Shown piece by piece: positions 12,968 to 26,327 of a stretch of DNA of 64,000 bases. The notes beneath the pieces were generated by a model, which saw only the letters and a list, made by a program, of their open reading frames with translations, was not told where the DNA came from and did not search any database. The position numbers and the translations under genes are program-made. Source of the DNA: Mobula birostris (Eukaryota); contig NC_092383.1 in assembly GCF_030028105.1 (NCBI RefSeq), positions 97,611,604 through 97,675,603 on the forward strand, given 5' to 3'. How positions within the stretch are numbered: the stretch's first letter is position 1; the number at the start of each line of letters is the position of its first letter.

Positions 12968-15662
12968 CACATAGAACCATAGGACCATAGAAACTACAGC
13001 ACAGAAACAGGCTCCTTGGCCCTTCTTGGCTGTGCCGAACCATTTTCTGCCTAGTCCCACTGACCTGCACACGGACCATATCCCTCCATACACCTCCCAT
13101 CCATGTATCTGTCCAATTTATTCTTAAATGTTAAAAAAGAACCCACATTTACCACCTCGTCTGGCAGCTCATTCCATACTCCCACCACTCTCTGTGTGAA
13201 GGAGCCCCCCCTAATGTTCCCTTTAAACTTTTCCCCACTCACCTTTAACCCATGTCCTCTGGTTTTTTTCTCCCCTTGCCTCAGTGGAAAAAGCCTGCTT
13301 GCATTCACTCTATCTATACCCATCATAATTTTATATACCTCTGTTAATTCTCCCCTCATTCTTCTACGCTCCAGGGAAAAAAGTCCTAACCTATTCAACC
13401 TTTCTCTGTAACTGAGTTTCTCAAGTCCCGGCAACATCCTTGTAAACCTTCTCTGCACTCTTTCAACCTTATTTATATCCTTCCTGTAATTTGGTGACCA
13501 AAACTGAACACAATACTCCAGATTCGGCCTCACCAATGCCTTATACAACCTCATCATAACATTCCAGCTCTTATACTCAATACTTCGATTAATAAAGGCC
13601 AATGTACCAAAAGCTCTCTTTACGACCCTGTCTACCTGTGATGACACTTCTAGGGAATTTTGTATCTGTATTCTCAGATCCCTCTGTTCCACTGCACTCC
13701 TCAGTGCCTTACCATTAACCCTGTATGTTCTACGTTGGTTTGTCCTTCCAACGTGCAATACCTCACACTTGTCAGTATTAAACTCCATCTGCCATTTTTC
13801 AGCCCATTTTTCCAGCTGGTCCAAGTCCCTCTGCAGGCTCTGAAAACCTTCCTCACTGTCTACTACACCTCCAATCTTTGTATCATCAGCAAACTTGCTG
13901 ATCCAATTTACCACATTATCATCCAGATCATTGATATAGATGACAAATAACAATGGACCCAGCACTGATCCCTGTGGCACACCACTAGTCACAGGCCTCC
14001 ACTCAGAGAAGCAATTTTCTACCACCACTCTCTGGCTTCTTCCATCGAGCCAATGTCCAATCCAATTTACCACCTCTCCATGTATACCTAGTGACTGAAT
14101 TTTCCTAACTAACCTCCCATGCAGGACCTTGTCAAAGGCCTTACTGAAGTCCATGTAGACAATATCCACTGCCTTCCCTTCATCCACTTTCCTGATAACC
14201 TCCTCGAAAAACTCCAACAGATTGGTCAAACATGACCTACCACGCACAAAGCCATGTTGACTCTCCCTAATAAGCCCCTGTCTATCCAAATGCTTGTAGA
14301 TTCTGTCTCTTAGTACTCCCTCCAATAACTTACCTACTACTGACGTTAAACTCACCGGCCTATAATTTCCCAGATTACTTTTTGATCCTTTTTTAAACAA
14401 TGGAACAACATGAACCACTCTCCAATCCTCCGGCACTTCACCCGTAGACAGCGACATTTTAAATATTTCTGCCAGGACCCCTGCAATTTCAACACTAGTC
14501 TCCTTCAAGGTCCGAGGGAATACCCTGTCAGGTCCCGGGGATTTATCCACTTTAATTTTCCTCAAGACAGCAAGCACCTCCTCCTTTTCAATCCGTACAG
14601 TTGCCATGGTTTCACTACTTGATTCCCTCAATTCCATAGATTTCATGCCAGCTTCCTTAGTAAATACAGACGCAAAAAAAACCTATTTAAGATCTCCCCC
14701 ATTTCCTTTGGTTCTGCACAAAGCCGACCACTCTGATCTTCAAGAGGACCAATTTTATCCCTTACAATCCTTTTGCTCTTAATATACCTGTAAAAGCTCT
14801 TTGGATTATCCTTCACTTTGACAGCCAAGGCAACCTCATGTCTTCTTTTAGCCCTCCTGATCACGTTCTTAAATATTTTCTTGCACTTCTTATACTCCTC
14901 AAGCACCTTACTTACTCCCTGCTTCCTATACACGTCATACAACTCCCTCTTCTTCTTTATCAGAGTTGGAATATCCCTTGAGAACCAAGGTTCCTTATTC
15001 CTATTCAATTTGCCTTTAATCCTGACAGGAACATACAAACTCGGCACTCTCAAAATTTCCCCTTTGAAGGCTTCCCACCTACCAATCACATTTTTGCCAG
15101 AGAACAACCTGTCCCAATCCACGCTTTTTAGATCCTTTCTCATTTCTTCAAATTTAGCCTTCTTCCAGTTCAGAACCTCAACCCTAGGACCAGATCTATC
15201 CTTGTCCATGATCAAATTGAAACTAATGGCGTTATGATCACTGGAACCAAAGTGCTCCCCTACACAGACTTCCGTCACTTGCCCGAATTCGTTTCCTAAC
15301 AGGAGATCCAATATTGCATCCCCTCTAGTTGGTCCCTCTATATACTGATTTAGAAAACTTTCCTGAACACATTTTACAAACTCTAAACCATCTAGACCCC
15401 TAACAGTATGGGAGTACCAATCAATGTATGGAAAATTAAAATCCCCTACCACCGCAACTTCATGTTTCCTGCAGTTGTCTGCTATCTCTCTGCAGATTTG
15501 CTCTTCCAAGTCTCGTTGACTATTGGGTGCTCTGTAATACAATCCCACTAATGTGGCCATACCTTTCCTGTTTCTCAGCTCCACCCATAGGGACTCAGTA
15601 GACAAGCCCTCTAATCTGTCCTGCCTGAGCACTGCTGTAATATTTTCCCTAACAAGCAACAT
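12968..15662 (-). mobile_element. CR1 LINE ORF2 (APE + RT), near-intact, 5'-truncated inside APE
   Basis: ORF 14643..15662 (VGLYYRAP, VGDFNFP, SDHNAI) and ORF 13051..14646 (QHGF, GVPQGSVLGP, FADD) are separated only by a frameshift at the A8 run 14674-14681; (ctatggtt)n tail near 12968-12990. Confidence 0.97.
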
Positions 15663-15821
15663 ACTCTAAATCTTCTGCATTCTCAGGAACACAGTCATAA
15701 CTTGTTCAATGTTTCCTGATAATTCAGGTCCACTGGACCCAGCAATTTTCTTTGTACCCCTTCAAGCTTGTTTACATCATTCCAACAGAACAGTGAGAAA
15801 GGCAGTGATTGACCTTGGATT

Positions 15822-15925
15822 CCAGCACAGCAGTGGGGAAGCAGAGGGTGTCACTGGATACCAGCACAGCAGTGGGGAAGCACAGGGTGACACTGAATAC
15901 CAGCACAGCGGCGGGGAAGCAGAGA
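15822..15925. repeat. 39-bp tandem repeat, about 2.7 units
   Basis: ccagcacagcagtggggaagc.. units start at 15822, 15861 and 15900. Confidence 0.85.
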
Positions 15926-16619
15926 TTGACTTTAGTCTCCAGTACATACAGTAAGTGGAGCGAGAAACGGCTCAGCCTGAGTTCCAGTTTAGCAACAGGT
16001 CAATGAGCTGTGATATTGAACGGTGGTTACATGAGGTTGCCTCCTGCTTCTGTATCAGAGGAAATATTTCTCAACTCATCATACTGCCGAATTCTCCTAC
16101 TTTCTCTCCACCCACACTGCAGTGATTATCAGCTCCCCCCGCAACCTGTTCACAAAACCTCGGCCAGGAGCAACAAACCGCCTCACCTTCTCCCTCACTC
16201 CTCCTTCAGGGATCCGTGGATGTGCCCGACAAGGCCCCACTCCGAGCTCCCTCTGTCCCTCACAGCACTCACGAACTTCCATTTATCACATGTTCCCTCA
16301 ACACGTTCGCCTCCCCAAGCACCTCACCCAACCCTTCTCCCGACTGGCTCTCATTTTTCATGCCTGTGCCCCTCTGACCTGCCTTTGATATCTGGCTGCA
16401 GGCTGCAACTTCCATCCTCCGGACTCGGTGCAAAGAGTCTTCACTCTGTTCCTCCCTTGAGCTTACCGTGTACTGTTGGAATGGTGGTCTGCTTCTCTCA
16501 CAGGGCCGGGAGACAAACAATGAGACCCATCACCCACTCTTGTAACTCTGATTCTCCCAGTCTGATTCATCCTCCAGTTACTGAGCTCATCTGCTGACTG
16601 TCTCCTCTTGTCTCCTCAG

Positions 16620-16940
16620 CTGGGACTGGGGATTCCTCTACCACTGTGAACGGAACTCGGGGACGCTCAGTCTCCTTACCTCCTGGGATACCAGTCGGAC
16701 CAGACATTGCTCAGCTTGTGTGGAGACGGTTCTCACCCAGGGCGAAGATAGTGACATATTCAAACAAGAACAGTGACTATTACGGATCTGAGGAGTACAA
16801 GAGACGGATAATTCTTCATCCCAGGAACTTCAGTCTGGAAATCCATGATCTACAGAAAAGTGACTCTGATGATTATGAGGTGTCTGTTACAGCATTTTCA
16901 GGAGCACAGACTCAGAACAAAATGCGACTGGAGGTGTACG
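16620..16940 (+). CDS. Exon 2: N-terminal IgV domain, CD2/SLAM type (no cysteines)
   Basis: Acceptor ttgtctcctcag|, donor G|gtgagt; (A)GTGDSSTTVNGTRGRSVSLP..LVWR..YKRRIILHPRNFSLEIHDLQKSDSDDYEV..LEVY; lacks the B-F disulfide, as CD2-family V domains usually do. Confidence 0.92.
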
Positions 16941-17689
16941 GTGAGTGAGACACCACGGAGAGGCTCAGGTTTCTTCGGTTCCTGAAACACCCCCAATTAA
17001 TGGGTGAGGGCAGATCCTGTGTGCTTCCCTGTTTACTGAACCCTACTGACCGCCCGTGTCCAGAGCTGGGCTCATGGTCCCAGTGTAGTGGGATTGAGAC
17101 AGTCTGGGGAACACACTTACCACATCCCCTGAGACTGAGTCAGAGCCCGAGAAGAAGTAATGATGACTCTCATTATTCTGAGTCCAGAGGAAATCAGCAC
17201 TTAGGTGGACTATGGAAGATGTGGTTACAGGGTGAGCGTTTAAACAGCATTTGGCCAGGTTCATGGATGAAAGGTCTGGAGGCAAATGGGACTAGCTTAG
17301 AACAGCACAGAGATTGTTGAGTTGGGCTGAATGGCCTCTTTCCATTGATGTTTCTCTACTTGACCCATGGGAACCTGAACTGAACAATGGACCCATAAGG
17401 TGGGAGGATCTGTAAAGGGGGTGAGTGGTCTGTGGGTCACTGTATCCCCAGTTAAAGATCTGGTCTGTCATGTTCAGGGATTCAAGTTATCCCATCAGTT
17501 TCCCAGGGCACTACTTGTTAATTGCCCAGACTGAGCTCAGCAAAGTGTTTATTCCTCAGCCTTCATGCTGTGCTGTGCTGACTGATACCCTGTGTACTCA
17601 TTACACTGAATATAGTGTCCCAGTGAGTGACACGGTACACGGGCACAACAGCACACTCACACACACCAATATGGTTCCTGACTCACTCT

Positions 17690-18127
17690 AGCAATAACAT
17701 TACATTCAAAGTAGACTGCAGACTGCAATATCGAAACAGTGATCTGTTTGTTGGTCTCCTCTCTCGCTGTGGAAGGGACGACACCTCTCTCTCCCTGTGG
17801 CATGTTGAAGTGCTGGTTTGTGGACTATAGTTTTTGATGGACCTCGATCATGGTCTCTTTGGGGGTTTGCTATCGCTTGCCTGAAGGTGGTGTGGGGCTG
17901 ATGCTTCCTGCTGGAATGTGGGTGAAACGGGAAGTGGGGAAGGTTCATGCTTTGCTGCCACTTGTGCGTGAGAGGGGGGTGGGGGGACTTTGTGGTTCCA
18001 ACATTTTTCTGTCAGTCATTCTTTGGGGTTTTCTTCTGTTTCGTGGATGTCTGTGAAGTGTGAGAATTTCAGGTTGGATACTGTATGCATTCTCTGATAT
18101 TAAATTGAACCAATGAACCATTGAAAA
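17690..18127 (+). mobile_element. Unclassified abundant non-LTR 3'-end family
   Basis: Ends in attaaattgaaccaatgaaccattgaa tail; homologous to 11385-11745 and 55740-56470 in reverse orientation. Confidence 0.55.
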
Positions 18128-18859
18128 TAATCTCACCCAGCAACATCCATCTGAAGTTTGGCTGAGAAATGTTCTCTCTTCCATCCCAGGGTTAACTGGT
18201 TTCCATTGGAGGGATAACATTAGAAAATGAGAAATAGGGGTAGCAGGCCAATCCGCCCCCAAGCCTAGTCCTGTCAGGGTTGGTTTGGCAGCCTCAGGTC
18301 CACTTTCCTGCCTGTTCCCCACACCCACAACTCCTCGTCTCTGTGTGAAATGGGCAGACACTTATTCTGATGCTGTGTCCTCACTCTAGGTTCCACCCTC
18401 TACCCCACAAGGTGGCGCATCCTCGTAGCTCCCCCGACTGTTGATTCACTCCAGGCAGGTCCTGTCCTTGACTATTTCACACCTGCTCCCAGTCTTTGTG
18501 ATCATTGCTGTCACTTGGTAACTTTACCAACTAAGGGCATTAACCCCTCTTCATCTGTTACAACTTCAGTGAGACAGAGGACACCTAAATAGTCTCACCA
18601 AGAACTCCCAATTAATTCTGACCTGAAAAGCATGGACCCAAGCTCTGTAATGAAGACAGGGAGTTTATTTAACTATCATGGAGAAACAGAGTCGACACTT
18701 AACAATACAATTACTGACAGTGAGACTCCAATGTTTTCAATGGCTTGATCAGCTCCATTCATAGATCCTGCTGGCTGCTCCATCTACGTCATCCAGACGT
18801 CTGCTGATATTCCGCAGCTCTGCCTTTCCCTGTTCTCCCAGAGGATGTCAGAGGTCATA

Positions 18860-19915
18860 GATTGTTTTGGCTGAATTATTCAGCTATTGCTGCCTCTCTG
18901 ACTGGATGTCTGTGACAAGGCGAGTGCTGCAGGGATTTGTGCTAGGTCCATTGTTGTTTGCCATCTATATCAACGACCTGGGCAATAATGTGGTTAACTG
19001 GATCAGCAAATTTGCAGATGACATCAAGATTAGGGATATAGTAGACAGCAAGGAAGACCATCAGATCTTGCAGCGGGGTCTGGACCAGCTGAAAATGGAC
19101 TGAAAAATGGCACATGGAATTTAATGCCGATAAGTGTGACGTGTTTTTCTTTGGTAGGACCAACCAGGGTAGATCTTACACTGTGAATGGTATGCCACTG
19201 AGAAGTGTAGTAGAACGAAGGGATATAGTAATACAGGTCTATAATTCATCGGAAGTGGTGTCAGAGGTAGATAGGGTCGTAAAGAAGAATTTTGGAACAT
19301 TAGCCTTCATAAAGCAAAGTATTGAGTACAGGAGTTGGCATGTTAGTTGAAGTTGCATAAAATGTTGATGAGGCCTACTTTGGAATATTATGTGCGGTGT
19401 TGGTCACCTGCCTACAGGAAAGATGTAAATAAGGTTGAAAGAGTGCAGAGAAAATTTACAAGGTTGTTGCCGGGTCTGGAAGATGTGAGTTATAAGGAAA
19501 GATTGAATAGGTTAGGACATTATTCCTTGGAATGTAAAAGACTGAGGGGACACTTGATTGAGATATACAAAATTATGAGGGTATAAATAGAGTAAATGCA
19601 AACAGGCTTTTTTTCACTGCAGTTGGGTAGGACTACAAACAGAGGTCATGGGTTAAGGGTGAAAGGTGAAAAGTTTAGGGGGAACATGAGGGAAAAATTC
19701 TTCACAGAGGGTCATGAGAATATGAAATGAGCTGTCACCAGAAGGGCAAGCTCAATTTCAACAGTTAAGAGAAGTTTGGACAGGTACATGTATGGTACTG
19801 TATGGAGAGCTATGTTCCCGGCACTGGTCGATTGGAGCAGACAGTTTAAATGATTTTGGCATGGAGCAGATGGACCAAAGATCTGTTACTGTGCTGTAAT
19901 CTTCTATGACTTGAT
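18860..19915 (+). mobile_element. CR1 LINE 3' part (degraded RT to tail)
   Basis: VLQGFVLGPLLFAIYINDL..FADD, MEFNADKC and RPTLEYYV..WSP motifs in ORFs 18867, 19114 and 19347. Confidence 0.9.
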
Positions 19916-20169
19916 GACTGTTCTAAACTCTGGGATGGTGTCTTTTCTATGTTGTAAGTGAATTGCGGACAAGTGTACATGGATAGGAGGCTGGTTTCCA
20001 TGATATACTTAGTTGTGTTCACAACTCTCTGCAGTTTCTTACGGTCACATACAAAACAGTTGCCATAACAAGTGTGATGCACCCATGATGCTTTCTATGG
20101 TGCATCTACAAAAGCTGGTGAGGGTTAAAGGGGACATGCCAATGGTTTTTAGTGTGTTGAAGTGCTGTT

Positions 20170-20420
20170 CTTTTCTGCGAGTGAGTGGGCTGGGGACTGT
20201 TATTATTGCAGTTAATTTTTGTGAGTGAGGGGTTTGGGGACTGTTACTGTCACTGTTCTTTTCTGCGAGTGAGGGGGCCAGGGACTGTTATTGTGGAAGT
20301 TAATTTTTGCGAGTGAGAGGGTCGGGGACTGTTATTGTGGCTGGTCTTTTCTGTGAGTGAGGGGTGTTGGGGATGGTCATTGTCACTTTTTTTTTTGCTG
20401 TGGGAAAGGGGGGATTTTGG
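20170..20420. repeat. Degenerate tandem repeat, about 45-50 bp units
   Basis: Recurring ttttctgcgagtgag...ggggactgttatt, about 5 copies. Confidence 0.7.
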
Positions 20421-21490
20421 GGACTGTGACTTCTGTTTCTTCTCTTTTTTTGTGTCCGGGAAGAGTTAATGGCTTTTCATTCAGCAATACCATTTCTTTC
20501 TGTGTTTGGTGGCTATCTGAAGTAGAGACATATCAGAGTTGTATTGTACACACATACTTATGAAGCTTTGAACCTTTATTGAGTTTGACCAGGACTGTCT
20601 ATCGGTGATGTTCAGTCCTGCGAACTTCAGCCTTCTCAGCTTCGACACTGTTGTGGTTAAGGATTGTCTATCCTCACTCTCCGCACCACCCACCCCCAAC
20701 ATTTTGAAGTCAATGACCAACTCTTGTTTTACTGACATTGAGAAAGATGGCTGTCATGGCAATACATCACTAGGCTCTTTACCTCACTCCTCGGCTCTGA
20801 CTCATCATTATTTGAGATTTGGCCGACTATGGTGGTGCTACTGCCAACTGAGGGGATGAGAGGTGATCACACTGAAACATCCAAACACCTCATCGGGTTC
20901 TGCAGGATGGAGCCCTGGCTGGAGTGATAGAATATGAGCTCAGCTGCTCCAGACTAAGAGAGGATGAAATACACGGGAGAAATCACACCCAGAGGGTAGT
21001 GAATTTTCACAGCTCTTTACTAAACAGCACTACAGAAGTTCAGTCACATGGGGTATTCAACGTAGATGTGGATGGTTTTTGGATATCAAGGGAATTAAAG
21101 GATGTGAGTTTGGTGCAGGAAAATGAGGTGGAGGGCAATCAGCCATGAATGGGGCAGCAGACAGGAAGGGGCTGAATGGTCAAACATAAAGTTTCTACTG
21201 AACAATTAAATGGAGCTGGAATGAATTCCTGCAATACAGAGACATCAGCAAGACATGACGCAGCTTTATGAGTAACTCTTGTGAAAGAGGGTGCAGCACT
21301 TGTGGGAACTTCCTCCAGCAGTAACTGGCTGAACTGAAGGGTGAGAGAAGAGTTAAACTGTTGGGTTGGAAATGAGTTGGGATTGGCATAAATTTCATTT
21401 GTTTCTGTTGGGATGGAATGCGGGAGTTGGGGATTAAGGTGTCGATAAGGATCTTCTTAATTCACCTTTCTTTTTCTGTCTCGACCTCAG

Positions 21491-21757
21491 ATCCTGTGTC
21501 AGGTACAGTCATCATGGTTCAGTACATCGTCAAGACTTGCAATATCATCTTGATCTGCTCTGAAGATTCAGGCAACTCCATTTTCAGGTGGTGGAGGGGA
21601 GGAGAAGTTGTGGGAACTGGCAGCTACTATCACCTCCAGCAGCATGGAGAGGCGAAAGGGGACGAAGAAGTCCTGTATAAGTGTGAGGCCCGGAACCCCG
21701 TCAGTAACGAAATGACAGAGGTCTGGCTGGGAGACATCTGTGGAAAGAACAAATCTG
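21491..21757 (+). CDS. Exon 3: IgC2 domain, CD2/SLAM type
   Basis: Acceptor ..ctcgacctcag|, donor G|gtgagt; (D)PVS..TCNIILICS..FRWWRG..YKCEARNPVS..DIC: four-cysteine pattern and the ARNPVS motif diagnostic of SLAM/CD2 C2 domains. Confidence 0.93.
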
Positions 21758-23012
21758 GTGAGTGTCAGAGGGAGCAATTGGAATTTAGAGAGGCTGCCCA
21801 GACTGTTCAATAAGATAGTGCTGATGGAGTTTTACTTTGTGTCTAATCTGCGCCCTTTTACAAAAAAAAGTTTACATACATTCACTGACTTTCATGAGAA
21901 TGGTTCTCATTTTAAAACATGGACATCCCTGTCCAGGACACATTCCAGTCCCGGAATATCCACTGATCGAAGAAGACATGGTATGCTTCCTTCCCCAGGG
22001 ACACCTGAGCATGGACATTTCCTCAGAAGAGGCACAGGCATTTGGTTCAGTCAGGAACCTCGATAGCTCTTTGTCAGGAACTAGGAATTCCAGGCTGAGG
22101 TAGACAGACAACAAATTTTCCTCCTCACTGGGTTGACTCTTGCTGTCCTGTGCTGGCTCTTGGTCTGGGGAAGGTTTCTTCACCCCAGTCATCTGGGAGC
22201 TGTCCACACAAGACTGTAATCAACCTTTCTTCCCACACAGCCTTGGGAGATGTGGGCCATTCACCTGGGGGTGTGGAGGAAGTTCACTGGGGTTAAACAA
22301 AATCAGTGCATTTATAACCCCACCCCACGGATTTGTCATCCTCTCCAAACACCCTCAACATTGCTCTGCCAGACTGACATTATATAACAGAAGGAAAGCT
22401 TTTCCTTTTGTGCAAGAATAAACTGTTCTCTGTGTGCTCACTCCCTCCACTGAGGCTGATGACAGTCTGGGCCCTCCCCACCTCCCCCTCTTTTCCATTG
22501 TCCCACACACTGACTGGCGATTTCCAATTGTAAATTCAGCTGAGTATTTCTTTATAAATATGATTTTCATATTAACATACACACTCGCATTGCAATATGT
22601 ACATAATTGAAGTTAACACATTGCCCTCTAGAGAGCCCATGTGCTCCTTCTCCTGGGACACGCAGGTATGGACACAACTCCAGAAGAAGGGCATTTGGCT
22701 CAGGGAAAACCCTCAAGTGGCCACCACTTGGATCCGAAAATGGTCACCTTGGCCAGGCCCAAGAGCAGACCGATCTGGAGAATTCCCAAGAGACTCACCT
22801 GCCTTTGCATTGAGTGACCAAAGGTCACAAGGGTAGGGCTGAGGTGCAGCAGACCTTGAGGTACAGTGCCTTCACATGGTTCAGTAGTCCTACAGCCTCT
22901 CACACTCCATATATACATGATACACTCTCTCCTCAAGGCTGCAGAAATGAGAGGTGGCTAGGGAGCCCGTTAATTGACTTGGGAACCTGTCACACAACAT
23001 TCTCTTCTCCAG

Positions 23013-23188
23013 GCCCCAGTGTCCAGTGTGAAAAACTGAAGAGTTTGCAGGAGCAGCCTGCAAAAGAAATACCTCTGCTCCTGGAGAAATGTCATAGAGA
23101 GGCCAGATCTCAAGAGGAGCCTCTGAGCCTTGGTCTGATGAATAGTTCTGGCCGTGGGTGGCAATCTGGTCTGAACGACCCTCAGTGA
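23013..23188 (+). CDS. Candidate alternative terminal exon (would give a secreted L-V-C2 form, 271 aa)
   Basis: Strong acceptor attctcttctccag|GC, phase 1, open to TGA at 23186-23188 (GPSVQCEKLKSLQEQPAKE...). No transcript evidence and no clear nearby polyA signal. Confidence 0.3.
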
Positions 23189-24734
23189 TGAGTCTCCTCA
23201 ACACCCGTTGTGACAGAACGGCCGGAGGCTTCAGCTATGAGTCTCATCCAATCCACTGCTTCATCCACCCACCCATCCATGGAGCCAGAAAGTCTCTCAC
23301 TGCTGGTGGAGGAACACTCTGAATGAAGGTGACCGTCCCAGTTCAGTACAACAGAGCAGGACAGCTGATATCTATTGCTGGGAGTCCTCCCGAGGGACAG
23401 TGTCTCTGGTAGATACACCACACCACCAGTCTGGGAGGATGCCCAGTGTGAAGATAACCCTGCAGGGTCTGAAAGTGGAACATTTCAGCCTGCCCTGTCC
23501 TAGAGGTCTGTGTTGAGACATTGTAGATGGGTTTGACTCTGTATGTAACCCTAGCCTGCCCTGTCCTAGAGGTGTGTGTCGGGACATTGTAGAGGGTTTG
23601 ACTGTATATAAACCCAGCTCTCCCTGGTGTGGGAACCCATAATGATGGGCCCACAGATGTTGGGAACTCATGAAACTGAGGAAGGTCATGTGGCCCATTG
23701 TGAACCAGCTCTGAAATTACTGAATCACCAGAAGATTTCAGCAAATGTGGCTCTTCAGCCTGTCAATTCCTGCTAGCTTCATGCTGTATCAGTCCAGCTC
23801 ATTTCACATATTCACACCTCTCTCTCTCTCTCTCATTCAGTGAGAGAGTGACTGGTCCTATTCATGCAGGGTTTGATCTGTGTGAGGACCATCATGGCCT
23901 CCACCTCCCCTCCCAACACATGACAATGTTTTCCCTGGAGTACACTCCCCACTTCCCTCTCACCGTTCGGTCTAGTACTTTCTGTGGCTCTTGGTATTGT
24001 CTTCTCTGCCCAGAGACAGAGATCCTTTCTGTTTAGTCAGAGACCCTCATCGTTTCACCACCCTATTAAATCTGCCCTCAGCCTCTGTTCCCTCATTGTG
24101 CCATGACCCCTCCATCAACCTTCCCCAGCCCTGTTCCATCCACAGAGCTCTCTTGTCCTGCCTCAGCTCTGACCATCCCCACCCAGACATTCATTATCCC
24201 CGTTCACAGATCTGGGATCCTGATCAACAAATGCAGGGATACAGACTGCCTCACCCTCTTGTCATTCCTCATTCAAAGATCTGTGGGCAAGTTCCCTTTG
24301 TCCCTCCACACCACTTACACTCTCCCATTCATCCCACCTTCCCTCATCATGTTCACCTTCCCCAAACAGTACCCCCACTGCATCCGTGGATGGGGTCCAA
24401 TTTGTCATGTCTGTGCCCCACCACGCCCAGCTCTGCCCCCTCTATTGATATCTGGCTGCAAGTTGCAACTTCCTTCCTCAGGACCAGGTGCAAGAAGTCT
24501 TCACTCTTCCCTGTGTGGGCTCAGTGTGGCCCAGCTCTCTCACTGGGCTGGGACCCAGACAATGTGCCAGCAGACTCCCCTCAAGCCATCAGGCTAATCT
24601 ACACCTCCACCGATAAACCCACCACCATTATGTTGTAACTTCCTGTCAGAGTAACATAATGTACAGATATTCCACTACCTATTGTCACTTTATGAACATG
24701 CAATCAGTTTATGTACATCAGCTACTCTTATGTA

Positions 24735-24845
24735 GGATTTCGGCCCAAAATGTCAACCGTTTATTCATTTCCATTGATGCTGCCTGACCTGCTGAGTTCC
24801 TCCAGCATTTTGTGTTTTGCTTTGGGTTTCCAGCATCCGCTGCCT
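24735..24845 (+). mobile_element. Penelope-like terminal repeat remnant inside a Rex-type 3' end
   Basis: gatttcggcccaaaatgtcaaccg..gatgctgcctgacctgctgagttcctccagcattttgtg..ccagcatc. Confidence 0.7.
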
Positions 24846-24963
24846 GTCTCATGTCTATGTTTATTGTTTTGTTTATGCTTCATGTTTTTTTTATGCTACA
24901 TCGGATCCAGTGACAATTATTTTGTTCTCCGTTACACTTGTGTACTGAAGTGTGACAATAAAC

Positions 24964-26219
24964 TGTCATGGTCCGGATCGGGGTCCCTTTAAATTTACTT
25001 TGTTTATGTTACGATCCGGACCGTTGACTCCCTGTTGCCCTTTGGTTCCCTGTTTTCCCGTGTCTCTCGGCTTTGGTGATTGGAGGCAATTTACTCTCGA
25101 CTGAACCGATAGTTTATGGTCTCCGGCTTTCAGCCGTTCGGCGCAAGAGCGTTTGCAAAGTCGCCAAAGGTACAGTGTGCCAATGTCATCTGGCCGGAGC
25201 AAGCCTAGTCTCCGCCCGAAGCGAGTGCCGGTAATTCGCCTTTCCTCACCGGAGCAACCCTGTCAAGTTACCTTGCCAAAGCGAGCTTGCAAAGTTTCCT
25301 CACCGAGGTGGGTCCGTCAGTTAACCCACCGGAGGGAATCAAGAACCGCTGTCCACTGTTTCCGGGCCGAGTCGAGAGCTCGCCACTACCCAGAGGCTCC
25401 AAATCAGGTCCGGCTCCAGGGGCATCCAAGTACCAAGTCGAGTCCCGGCCCTGGCGGCATCCAAGTACTGAGTCGAGTCCCGGCCCTGGTGGTCTATGAT
25501 TCCTGTCCTACCCCACTGTCTGAACCCCTTCTCTGTCCCTCTCGCCTCTCGCCCTTGTCTGCAGCCCTTGCCTGCACTTCGGTCTAGTTCTATTGCCGGA
25601 GCTAGATAGGTACTGTCTGGTGTTCTTTTGTGTTGGTCTCATCTTGTCCTTGCCTCCATGGGGTAAGTATGAACACCTTGCCATTGCCCCGCAGGGGGTC
25701 ATGTCTTGTCATATCTTGTCCTCACCTCCGTGGGGTAAGTCAGGCCGTCTTGCCATTGCCCCGTGGGGGTGTCATGAGTCCCGGCCCTATGTCCTGTACC
25801 CAAGGAGGGGTCCCGACTCTGTGTTCTGTGTATGTGTCCATGGTTCCATGTGCCTGCTCTCCCAAGACTGAGGTTCTGTTTTTCCATGTTCCTCCTCTCC
25901 CTAGCCCCTGTCATGTCCATGCCTGGTTCTGGGGTCCAAGCCCGGGGCAAGACCCAGGTACTGGGTCCTTGCCCAGTCTCTGGCTCGGAGTCCATACCCT
26001 AGCCTCTTCATGTCACTGCTGGTTCTGGGATCCAATTCCGAGTCCTAGCCCAGACCCCTAGTCCCAGCCTAGTCGTAGTCCTGAGTCCTTGTCCAGTTCG
26101 CTATTCCTGCTTCTGCTTTGCTCTCCTGGTATCAAACAATAAACTCAATTTAATTAACCTCACAAGATGTGTCTTGCATTTCGGTCCACCCTTGCTCCCA
26201 ATGCCCCACCATTGTGACA
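24964..26219 (+). mobile_element. Solo LTR (Gypsy/BEL-type), copy 1
   Basis: TGTCA...TGACA termini, AATAAA near the 3' end, 5-bp TSD taaac (24959-24963 / 26220-26224); homologous end to end to 46665-47870. Confidence 0.88.
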
Positions 26220-26327
26220 TAAACAACCTTGGATTTGAATCCTGAAACTTGAAATGGCTGCTCCTGTGTCTGTGATTCCTCAGCACTAATTCCTCCTCCT
26301 GATAACTGTTTTCACTTGTCTCCTCAG

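Noticed and set aside
15809-15956. 39-bp repeat ORF with a gtaagt donor at 15951 as the leader exon
   Set aside because: No ATG and not hydrophobic; the 4551-4602 exon fits far better.
22104-22175. Hydrophobic frame IFLLTGLTLAVLCWLLVWG as a TM exon ending a separate V-C2 gene
   Set aside because: The only phase-1 AG lacks a polypyrimidine tract and the donor is weak; kept only as a possible relic.
23924-23993. Second leader exon (..GLVLSVAL G|gtattg) that would make V2 a separate gene
   Set aside because: No in-frame ATG (TGA at 23921), and V2 lacks the signal-peptide remnant present on V1.
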